Shown piece after piece: positions 37,140-48,448 of a DNA stretch of 64,000 nucleotides. The stretch spans positions 2,170,001 through 2,234,000 of the forward strand of contig JANHCV010000004.1 of NCBI GenBank assembly GCA_025594325.1, given 5' to 3'. The notes beneath the pieces were generated by a model. The model was not told where the DNA came from. It made no database searches and worked only from the letters and a program-made list of their open reading frames with translations. Source of the stretch: Blastocladiella emersonii ATCC 22665. Its lineage: Eukaryota > Fungi > Blastocladiomycota. Both the position numbers and the translations under genes were made by a program. The first letter of the stretch is position 1. The number at the start of each line of letters is the position of its first letter.

Positions 37140-40100
37140 GGTCTTTGCATTGTCAGTTGCGGGAGGGGAGAGAGGGACGAATTCGGTGAGGGCGGAAAGA
37201 GAGTTCGGCGAGCGACGCGCGACGCGCACGCGGGGCCCACGGGGTCCGGCTGCGAGACACTCACTCGGCCGTCCCGTGACTGTCTCGCGTCTCCGGCCCC
37301 ACCCCGACCCCCCGCCGTTTCCCCGCACTCGCGCCGACGCGCCGACCACCTGCCGCGCCGCGGAAAATAGATGGTCCGACGCGTCCGACGCGTCATCTTG
37401 CATGAATCACCCCGTTCCCGTTCGCGGACACGGCCGGCCCCCCGCGTCCCTCTCCCGGCCCCCATTTTAATTCCGTCACGCGTGCGCCCGCGCCGCGATG
37501 CGATCGCGCAATGGGGCAGGTCCAAGGCGGCCAGCCCAGCCGCGACCTGCCGATTCACGGGCCGGCTCCCGTTGGAGGTCACTCGACGCGTGGGGACAGG
37601 GGCAATAGTCAGCACGCGACTGCTGCGATGGGCAGTGATGGGGGAAAATAGTTTACGCGTGTTCAAGCCAGCGACGCGATTTCAGTGCCGCGGAGGGCAG
37701 GCGAGTTGGTCGGGAGTGGGAAGTGTTCATCAACGACGCGCGACGAAACCCGATCGTCAGCGCGGCCGGCAGAGGTCGGCAATCACAAGCCCGCTTGCTC
37801 GCCTGCTGCTGCGCGCTGAGTGGCCGGTCGCTCGCCGTCGCTGCGCAGTACAAGCCGACACTTCTTCACATGGTCTCGCGTCGCTTTCTTGCGCGAATCA
37901 CACCTTCCCATCGGTCCATGGGAGAACCTTGTTGATGTGCCGCAAAATACTCGCCTTGGTGGCTGGAACGTTCGCGGCCGTGACCCATCGCTGCTGATGG
38001 GATCCCTGATCCAAACGCGCGCGCCCTTCGGCACCAGACCACTCATAGTCGCGCACTCCGCGGTGCGCTGGACCCGATATACCCTCACGCGCCGCTGCGT
38101 GCCTGCCCAAGCCCGATCGCTGAGTATCATCGTATGCATGAACGTGCGAGAAACTGCTACGAAGACGCGCTCGCGTTCGCAGAGGAAAAGGGGAACGCGC
38201 GGCCATCAAGCCGCGGCCATGGTCGCGAACTTCGTCCGTGTCGCTGCGGCCGGATGAATGGTGTGGACCATACAGTTGTCGCGCTTCGCTTTCCTCACTC
38301 ACAATCCGGCGCGACGCGTCCGTCCCTCAAGCCGCCATCGAGGTCACATCCCGGCCGGATGATTGAGCAAATGAACGGTTTCCCTTTTCATGTATTCGGA
38401 AAGCATGCGTCACCGTCGGTCACATCTGCTTGTGTTGCGGAACGAGCGGAACAATCAACGATGCGGCAAGCGGACCGAGCGGAGCGAGGTGAACGACGCG
38501 TGAGGGATCCGGGAGCTCGGCGCACAAGCGACCCGACCACTTCCAACACCAAGCCGCCCTGCCTGATCCGGCTCGGCCAATGGTTCGTTCTCACGCGCCG
38601 CGAACCACGGCGGCCGGATGATTTGGACTCTAGGGAGGTGGCGCGTGAGTGTGGCCCCACTGACCTGCGCGTGCACGCGAGCTCGCGCGCGCGCTGCCGC
38701 AGGTTGGCCACGGCCGCGACCACCGTGAGCTCGCGGCACACCGAGATTCGGCCTTGGCGGCCCTCACGACAACAGTATCATGCCTCGCGCTCAACCTCTT
38801 CATAATGGCCTTGATGCCCGTGATCGAGGCCGCGGCCCTCAGCGGTGGCCATCGTGGCGCGACTTCGATCGAGATCCCGCCGCGCGATCACAACCGAAAC
38901 GCACACGGCCGCGGCGAACCAAGGGCGGCCCAATCGTGCGCGGGAAACGATGAGATTACCTTGTGGTCGGCGCGTGAGTGGTGGGAAGCGCGTCGAGCGA
39001 CCGTCTATTTTGAGTCACCGACCATGAGCGGAGCCGAGCGGAGATATCGCTGGTCGGCCGAGCTCTCCCACTCACGCTCACACGTAGGCGTGAGCGAGCG
39101 CGCGCCAGGACTTGCGGCGTACGGCGAGCGCGCGCGCATACCGACGCGGTTATTGGTGTAGTCGGCCCGCGGCCACGAGAGTCATGGTCGCACGTATGGG
39201 AGATCCGCGATAGCCGAGCAAACCGCGGCGACGACGGCGGCGGCGATGGGCCCGACGCGACGCGTTCCGCGGAAGGCCGGGGCTGGAGCAGAGGAAGAAG
39301 AACAAACAACTCGGGGTTGGAAATAGCGACAAACAAGCGAGTGGGGCACCCGGGCCGAGTGGTGGGAGGCGCCACCTCCGCCAACCTTACAGCGCGGTTG
39401 TTCGTTTGCTCGCCGGGAGGAGAACTCGATCATCGGTCGGAGCATGTGTGCGAAATACCGTCTCGTGCCGGCCGGCATGGGAACGACGCGACGCAAAGAA
39501 AAGTGTGGGGGAGGCGCACGAAGTGTTGCGCGCACGCGCGCCAAGAAACAAGCAATTGGCATAACTTGCGGCCGAATGAGACCAAGTACGCGCTCCACTC
39601 ACTGTCGCGCGCGGCGCCGGATGAGGTCCCACGCGGCTCGTGTGGGAGATGCGACGCGTGGCCGTAACCGCGACCGCGACGGGAAGGTGAGAGACGAAGG
39701 TACGCTCGCACCAAGGCACGATGGTCGGTGGGAGGTGTGCGCGGCCGCGATGGTAGCTGATGCATTGATCAAGCCCGAGGCAGCTTGCAAACCATGAATC
39801 ATCGATACGGACCCGCGTGGGACCGTATCCAATCAAGCCTGATGCGGGTGACGCGTCACGATGAGGCCAGAGCCGCAGGTGCGAGCAAAGCGAGTCCAAG
39901 GCAGGCGACCGCGACCGCGGCCGACTATGGCGCCCAGCCGCTCGCGACGGCCGGCGCTGAGTGGTCGGCGATGTCGTGACTGGCCGCGTCACATGGAACT
40001 ATGCACGGCGTTCGATTCCGCGGACGGGTGGAATAAGCCGAGATTGAGTTCATCTCGATCGTCGGCGCGCGGGAGTCGACATGCGGACGCGAGCATGGGG

Positions 40101-41249
40101 CCGCGCCGCAACGAGCGCGACGCAAGCGGGCCGCGAAGGGTGGCGCAGGGCCGCGGTGCCCCACACGGGCTGACGCGTCGCGTTCGCTGGGTCTGGTGCT
40201 GCAAACGCGATCGACGTCTTGCATAAAGGTCCGCGTGGCCGCGTGCGTCAAGATAGCGCGGTGCCGTCGACCATTGGCGGGCCAAAACGACGCCATCGCC
40301 GCCGCGCGTCCTCATTCGCAGACCACAGCGGCGCCGACCGGCTGACTCGACCGAGCACCAGTCAGCGCGGCGCAAACGGGCGCGGCGCGGCGCGTGCGCG
40401 TGCGCGCGAGCGCGAGCGCGAGCGTGAGTCCCCCGCAAACACGAAAAAGTGGAGCTATTTCTTGCCCCGCGGATTCCGAGATCCTCCGCTTCCCCGCACG
40501 AACGCGCAAGCATGCGCGCGTGGGACCGGCAGCGCCCTAATTTCACGGGTTCCGGGCATCTGGTGTGCTCGCGCTTGGTACCGCAATTGGACTCATCGAT
40601 GCATGAAAAAGAGACGGCCCGTCTCGACTCCGCGACGGCGAAGACCCATCGCGGGGTCCGGCGGCATCAGCGAGCATGCGAGCGCGAGGGTGGCGAGGGT
40701 GGCGAGCACGAGCGCGAGAAGTACGCCGTGACCCCTTCCGCTCCGCTCCGCTCCCGCGGCTGCGATTGGTAGAGAGCGTGCAACAGCGTCGCAGCAGCGT
40801 CGCGGACGCCGGCCAATCGTGTGAAAAGTGATGGAGGGGACCCGCCGCGCCGCAATGCGCGCGAGCTGTGGTCCATCCCGCACGTGCACGCCGTCGATCC
40901 CATGAAATTAGCGTCGCTAATGTTGGCCGCGGGCGACACGGCCACCCGGACCTCGCCGCCGCGCACGAGCGCGAGGTCATGGTGGCCGTGACGGCCGAGC
41001 TTTCCATCATGCTTCAAGTCCAGTTCCATTTGCTTGACGTAGTAGCGGTACATGCGCCATGGCGGCGTGCGTAAAGATAGCGAGCGGGCGAAGCGAGGCG
41101 CTGGTGACTCGAAATCGGGGGCGGCCGAGCATCAGGTGACGGACCTGTCGCGCCCGTCGCCCGCTCCCCGAGACGACCAACGCCATGTCCACCAGCGATC
41201 TACCACAGAAAGCGACCCGCTGTCCATGAATCACGGTCGAAAGTCCACC

Positions 41250-43494
41250 ATGTTCCGCGTACGTGGCCATGACATGCAGCAATGAACCTCATGCATCCCG
41301 AACCCGGTTATGACCCTCGGATCCGGTGCTGCCCTCGGATCGGCGTGCAACTCGCCCAACGACTCGCTTCGAGCGCAGCCGCGCCCTACTCTGCCCTCCG
41401 CCAGCCCGCGTCGCACGTTGGGGGCGCAGCCGGGTCGGTGATTAGGTCCACGATCGCAATCGGTGGCACGGTTCGCCTTCATGCGGCTGGGGCTGTGGCC
41501 GCCGCCGTGTCGGGTGTCCAGCGACGTCCTTGTCCCTCGAATTCGTGCCCTGTCACTCGAATCTGACACCCTTCCCTCGTGTCCGCGGTCCCCATCCAGC
41601 GAACGTTCACGACCAAGTCCTCGAACCCAGTCAAGTCGTCCGAGTGGCGCGGGCTGCGTTCGCGGCTGGTCGCGCAGTTCCCGCTGCTCGAGGCGCACCT
41701 GGCCTCGGTTGGCAAGGTGTCGGCCGAGCGCGTCACGTTCGCCACCGAAAAGTACATTTCGGCGCTGTACTGGGACATGGCCGACACCTCGCTCGTCGCG
41801 GTGAACCCGGTCGAGGGCGTCATCATGCCATCGCTCACCACGTGCTGGCGCGCCCCCGACTGCATCCCCGTGTTTCTCACGCCCGCCGTCGTCATGGAGA
41901 AGATCATGCAGGCCGCCGACCTCATGTATGTTGCTACTTTTGCCGTCCTTGCGCAGAACACACGATTCACGGGCGACATCTCTCCTCTCTAGGGCGCCCG
42001 GCATCTTTGGCAACATTCCGCTCGTCAAGGCCGGCGATGTCGTCGGAATCGCGACGCTCGGCAACCCGCGGTGCGTTCGCTCGGCATCCGAGCTTGAATC
42101 TGTGTACGCTGACTCTCCGCTGCTCGCGCGCGCGTAGCACGGTCCTCGCGCTCGGCATCGCGCTCATGGACGGCGAGAAGGTCGCGACCGAGCGCAAGGG
42201 CAAGGCCGTCCGCGTCATCCACTTCATCGGCGACAACCTGTGGGAAAAGTGCGGCAAGCCGCACCCGCCCGTGATCCCCAAGACGGTCGAGGCCGCCGAC
42301 ACCGACGCTGCGTCCGAGTCGCAGGACGACGCCGACGCGGAGGTGGCCGAGATGCTCGGCGCGGCCTCGCTCGCCGACGCGTCTGCTGCCGCACCCGATG
42401 CCGCCGAGCCCGAGCCCGAGCCGGCTGCACCATCACCCGCTGCTGCAGCCGCGCCGGCATGGACCGAGGACCAGGTCAAGGAGGCGTTCCTGCGCGCCGT
42501 GGTCGACATGGCGGGCGCCGAGTTCCCGCTGTCCGGGTCGACGGCGCACTCCAAGTATCTCAAGCCGCACGCGCCGGGGCTCGACTTCAAGAACACCAAG
42601 TGGAAGAAGCTCGCCAAGTTCCTCAAGGCCGCCGAGAAGGAGCTCGACGGCGTGGTTGCGGTCAAGGACCTGCGCGGCGAGCCGCACATCATGTCGGTCA
42701 ACCTCAAGCACCCGCTGCTCGCCGACATCATCGCCGAGCGCGGGCTCAAGAAGCGCGGCGCGAGCGGCGCCAAGGGCGGCGGCAGTGCGGCGTCGAGCAG
42801 CGGCGGCAAGGGTGCGCCACCTCGCGGCGGCAGCAACAGCAACAGCAGCAACAACAAGTCCAGCGCATCTGCCCCGCCGTCCTCGTCCAGCGGACCGAGC
42901 GGTGTCGCCGCCGCCGCCGCGGCAGGCGACGCGCAGGCGACCAAGTTCGTGGTGACGCCCATGTACCAGCCGACGTCGTCGCTCAGCTTCGTGTTCCCGC
43001 AGCGCGACGTGTACCTGACCAAGCCCGAGGTCGGGCAGGCGCTCGAGGCGTACTTTGCGGCCGAGGAGCTGGTGAACCCGCGCAACGGGCGCATGATCCG
43101 GCTCAACCCGCACCTGGCCAAGTACTCGAAGGTGCCGGACGGGCAGCGCGAGGACAAGCGCGACGAGCTATTTGCGAACGTGCTAGCGGCGATGCGGGTG
43201 AGCCACAAGATCCGCGACCCGCGCACGGGCCACGAGGAGCTGCGGCGCGGCGCGTTCGTGCGCGTGCTGATCGCGACGGAGTGGCGCCAGGGCCGCAAGG
43301 TCGTCACGGTCATCAAGCACCTCGGCAACCTCGGGTTCCACCTGCCCGACCTGCAGTCCGAGTTCTCGACCAAGTGCGCGTCGTCTGTGTCGGTCGACGG
43401 GCCCGTCCTGCTCGTCCAGGGCGACCAGACCAAGTTCCTCAAGAAGTGGGTCATGGACGTGGGCATCAACCACCTCGTCGACTTCAAGTCGTAG
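41250..43494 (+). CDS. EIF2D: Translation initiation/recycling factor eIF2D (ligatin/Tma64): PUA, winged-helix, SWIB and SUI1 domains, 4 exons, 589 aa
   Basis: The protein reads MFR|RTFTTKSSNPVKSSEWRGLR, AADLM|APG, GKAVRVIHFIGDNLW, KNTKWKKLAKFLK and, in the SUI1 domain, RQGRKVVTVI...KCASSVSV...LVQGDQ. Exons are 41250-41258, 41600-41925, 41993-42070 and 42138-43494. Confidence 0.92.
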
Positions 43495-45479
43495 AGTGGC
43501 TCTCGACCGTGTTGTGAAGCGGGATCAGTGAAGATCAAACACTTTCTGCCGCGACCCCCCTTGTGCTCCGCGAGGCGCCGCCGCCCCCGCTCACGACCCG
43601 CTGGCAAACGTCCGAGCAGCCCGACCCCGTGCGGGACGGCACGGTTTGCAACGCGGCAGCCGACCGGTCGGCGACCCCTGAGCTGAGAGCGCGCCGTGGC
43701 GGACCAGAGCTAGGAGGTGGCGGCGGTAGCGTGTGGCGCGACGCGCCCTCTCTGCTGCTGCCGCCACCCGCGCTCGCTCTCGCTCTCGCGGGCGTAGCAT
43801 CCGCGCTCGCGCCACCGTGTCGAGCGCGGCATAACGCGCTTGTTGCGACGAGTTGCGCGATGTGCGGCGGCCAGCTCGGCGCGGGAACTCGCACGCGTCC
43901 GGCGGAACCGTGGCGAACGTTGCCACCACTTCCCGCGCGCGCAGGACCGAGCGCACTACCACCGTTTGCACACACGTACGGCGCACGTTCATGATGATGA
44001 TCGGCGATCATCAGGTGCGAATTCGGTCGCCGAACCCGTGGACCGTGGACGGCGCGATGCGCGGAACCCGATCCGGCCGGCCAATCAACCACCGCCCGAG
44101 CGAGCGAGGTGGCCATGTTGCCGCGCGCGCGTGCAAACGATGAGGCGATGTGGCGAACCGGCTCAGGCGTGGTAAGGTTACCGCGCCGTGCCGCGGACAT
44201 GCGTCGCCCGCGGCACGGCGCCGCGCGAGGGAGCGAATGAGGCTCCGCTGTAACCCGAGCCGCTGGACCCGAGACGCGGTCAGTGCCGACCAGGTCGGTC
44301 GTCGCTAGCCGCGCGTCGAGCCGAGAGAGAGAGGCGACGGCCGCTCGTCGGGCCATGTCCGCGACAGCCTCCCCCGCACTTGTGGCTCGCTATTGTTCGA
44401 TGACTGGGGCCTCTCGCCGACGTCATGTGGGAGCAGCTCGCCATGTGGCCACACTTCGCCTCAGAGCATGAAATTCGAATTCGGGCCGCGGCGAGCCTCA
44501 TCGCAGTCCACCCGCCTTGGGGCGCGGCCGCCGGCCAATCGCAGCGCGCGTTCGCGAGTACAGGCGATGGATGAGGATGGAGCGGGGCGAGGCCATCTCA
44601 ATCTCGCGTCTGGTGCTCGCAGCTCGCGTGCCAGGTCAAGGATCGCCGGCGCCGCCGCTGCCACAAGGCGAAGCGAGAGGAGCGCGAAGTTGCCACCGTT
44701 GCGTGACTGCGATGAATTATCGACCCAGTGCGAGACGGGCCGAGCCGGTACGCGCTAGTGGCCACGGTTCCGTGCGACCTGGTGAGCCGGGGAAATGTGC
44801 GCGAACGCGTTCCGTCCGCGCACGGCACACGCACTGGCCGGTGCCGCGGCGCTTGCTCGGGGCTGCCGCACGAGAGGGCGCGGGCGCGCGAGCGCGCGGT
44901 GGGCGACGAGAACGTTGCGCGGACGGCGGCGCGGACGCGCAACGCGAATGCGGACACGCGCCCGCGGGCCGCGAACAAGAAGGCGTCGCGCGCTCGCTCG
45001 CCTCGCTGGGGTGCGGGGAAACGTGGGGCCACCGCCACTGCAGTGGCGCCGTGCCCGTGATCCCGTGCCCGTGATCGGGCGCAACGCGCAACGCGCACTT
45101 CGCCTCACCGTCGCGTCGCGCCAGCCGCGCAACATGGCCGCCCGCTCCCCTCGCCTCGTGACCTGCTCCATCTTCATTGACGAGCGGGTGGGTCGTGTGA
45201 CCCGCGCGGATCGTTTGAGCTGGGAGACGCGATGACCGGGGCAAGTTTCGCACGGCGATGAGCGCGCAAGTCGGAACTTCTCGGACGCACGCAGGAACGC
45301 GCGGAGGCGCCGGACCTGGTGGCGCGTGGGCGACTTGATTACCCACTGAGCTGATCGTCGTGATGCCGATGCCGATCCCGATGCCGCGCGGGAAATCGTG
45401 GGACCCCACGGCGAGCGGCGCAAGGAGTCCGCGCACCATCGAGCCTTGCGATTCAGATTTTCCCCACTCGGATCGCCGA

Positions 45480-46280
45480 TGATGGCCGTGCAAACAGTTC
45501 AGCACGACCATCGGCATCGATGCAGCGCCACCACCAGACCCTCCGCCTGCCACTCAGTTGCACGCACGCCGGGTCCGATCGATTGCGGTGGCGGAGATCA
45601 ACCATCACGGAATTGGGACACGCGGCCGTCGGGCCCCGATCGATGGCGGCCGCGGCCAGCGAGCGGCGCGCTCCTCTCAAACCATCGAAAGCGCGTGCGG
45701 GCGTGCCAACAAGCGATATGATCCGCCGAGAGATGGTCGCAGGATGGCCGCGTCGGGATCGTTCTTACGATCATGTTCCGACCGCACACCTGCCGCACTC
45801 GGCTTTACGAGCGGCGCCGGGCAGCTCACGCACCTCATGCAGTTTGTCCACTGCGACGAGTCCCGTCCACCTTGCGCTCAAGCAGCGAGGGCAGCGATCA
45901 AGAGTGTGAACGCGCGCCAAAAGAGTCGCGTCTCCAACGTCTTGCTTCGCGCCCTGCTCCACCGGTGGTCGCGAGAAGTCCGTGTCATGGTCGTGATCTT
46001 AACCTGATCTTCCACCTGCTGTTCTCGGATTCGCGAGTGGATCAGGGCGGGTCTCCGCGTCCGCACTTCCTGCAGTTTCTCCACATGTTACGCGTTCATC
46101 CCATCTTGCCCCGAAGCACTGAGAGCCATGATCAAGAGTGAGCGCGCACCAGCCGTGACGCGTCACTGTGCCTCGCGACATAAGCTGCCAGCGGTCTCGA
46201 GATGGCCGTGTTGTGATCGTGATCATGACCTGATCCCACACCTGCCGTACTCGGCTTCGCGAGCAGATCACGGCAACCCT
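45480..46280. repeat. Diverged non-coding tandem array: 3 clear copies and 1 faint copy of a ~230-260 bp unit
   Basis: An anchor GATGGCCG(T/C)G or GAAGTCCGTG occurs at 45481, 45743, 45975 and 46201. In the three clear copies it is followed by CACCTGC..T.CTCGG.TT.CGAG. The last two units also share GCAGTTT.TCCAC and GATCAAGAGTG. Confidence 0.75.
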
Positions 46281-48423
46281 CGTCTTTGATGCAGTCCCCC
46301 CACACGTCGCGCGTTCGTTCCGTCTTCCGCCGAGACGAGCCCCGCAACACGAGTCGCGACGCGACGCGTCGCCGCCGTCTTGCTCCACACGCCGCTGCTC
46401 GCGTCTCTCATCACCCCTCGCGCCTCCCACTTCCTTGTCGCGTCCCTCGTCGAGACAATGAGCAACGCGGGGGTAACAATAAACCGGCGAAGCAACAAGC
46501 CGCACGGGGGAGAGAGATAGCGGAGAAGCTGGCCGCTGCGGGCGGTACTTGTTCGCGATCATGCGTCTCATCACCGCGCCTGGTTCCCCCGCGCGTGCGT
46601 GAGAGGCAGCACCATCAAGGGGGCATCAATCAGCGGGCAGGGAGAGCAAGCCCGCGCGTGCTAACACTGCTCGCGGACAGGGCCGCGACGCGCGCGTGCG
46701 GGGGAGCCCCTGAAGGCGCCATTTCGAGCACAATTCATGCACGGCGGCGGTGACGGTGACGGTGACGGGGCGGGGGGCGAAATTACACGTCACCGCTGCC
46801 CCCTGATCTTGCCGCGAGCGTGTGCGCGCGAACGCTCGCGGCCGCGCCATCAAGGTCGACAGGCAAGGTTGCCAATTTGAGGGGCACTCACACACTCGAG
46901 TGCGCGCGACCGCGCGACCGCGCGCCTGCGACCGCGATCCAATCAAGCAGCCCCTCAAACGTAGACTGCCGCGCGAACGTGTACGCGGACACCGCGGGAA
47001 CGCAAAGGCGCGAGCCGGTGCATCCCTGCTTGCTGGGGACCCGTGAGAATTAGATCGCGATGCGCCAAGTCCCGGGCCGCGCGACCAGCTGAAATCGGCG
47101 ATGGCCATGGCCAGCTTCTGTTCGCGGACGCCCCGGTTACGCGCGGCCACGTCACGATGCGTCTGAGCCCAAGGGACGCCGCTGCTGCCCTCGTGCGCCA
47201 CGTCCGCGCAGGGTGGTGTTACGCGGGGGTCGCGATGCTGCAAGTGGATCCGGCTGCAGCTCGCGACGGACACGAGCCACACCTCGGCCGGCACTTTATG
47301 CAGCCCCTAAATATGCTCATGGCGCGCGGCTCGGACCCACATGGAGCGATGGCGATGGCGATGGCCACAGCGATGAGGCCGGCTCGATGGCCACGTTCGC
47401 GATCCTCCTCCATCTTCGCTCGCTCGCGCGTGGAGGCGAGCGCGTGCGCGCGCCGGCGCGGATCAACGGATCTTCGAGGGTTGTCGGTGTACGCGCACGC
47501 GCCGTGCGCGCGGACGCGAGAGAGACAAATTAGCTGAGATGCGAGGCCACGGTGGCCACGGTGGCCACGGCCCTCGGACCCACCGGCCGGCCATCACTCG
47601 CGCTTGTTTGGACCTCCGCTGCAGTGGGCAGCATGGCCACCGCTCACCGCGATGGACACGTCAGTGGCGGTGGCGGTGGCGAAGAGCGCTGAAACGAGGT
47701 CGCGAGCAGCGATTGGGCCACCGTGGTCGCTCATTCAGGGGCAGCGTCAGGGGTAGTCGCAGTTTGGCCCACCTGCGGCACAGGGTGGCGCGGGCCGGGC
47801 GGAAGTTTCCTCTCGCCTTCGCCGCCCGGACACGAACGTGCCGCGCTCGAGAACGTGGTGGCCGCAGTGCACCGCATGGGGTCTGCGGCGATGATGTTGC
47901 GCGCGCGTGCGCGCGATCCGGCCCGGGCCGCAGCAATGTTTGCGCTGTCTGATCCGAGCGTGATGCTGGTGGCGGAGGGCCCGGAATGACGTCGACGCAG
48001 GGTTGCATCTCATCTTCAGCGAGCCCGCTCGCGACGCGTCGAGGTGGCCGCGGCTGCGCCACCCTGGCCGCGCCGATTTTCAACGCGGACCTGAAACACG
48101 GGCACGCAAGCGCGCGTGCGAGTGCCACAGTTGGCGTGTGGCGGTGGCGCCAGCTTCCATGCGCTCGGACGCCACCGCCGCAACGCCACAGGCAAATCCG
48201 ACCGCGCGGACCACGCGCGCGTGTCCGCACCGCGGCGAGCTGCGCGGGAAAATGGGGCCTCATTTTTCTTGCGTCGATTAAACCGCTTGCGCTGGTCGCA
48301 GTCACGCGTTCGGTTCAACGGTTTCGTGACTGAGGTGCGGCGTGAGGTGAGGCGAAGACGAGGGAGATCAGCGAATTCATCACGTTGCTCGCGCACGCGC
48401 ACGCGCCCGGAGGCCAGCAGCCC

Positions 48424-48448
48424 GACGCGACGCGACGCGACGCGACGC
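48424..48448. repeat. (GACGC)5 microsatellite
   Basis: Five perfect GACGC units read directly from the sequence. Confidence 0.9.

Noticed and set aside
34253-46280. Regularly spaced repeats as a CRISPR-like array
   Set aside because: The 33-bp repeats are in-frame coding units with no spacers, the 230-bp units are diverged and contiguous, the context is eukaryotic, and no cas genes are present.
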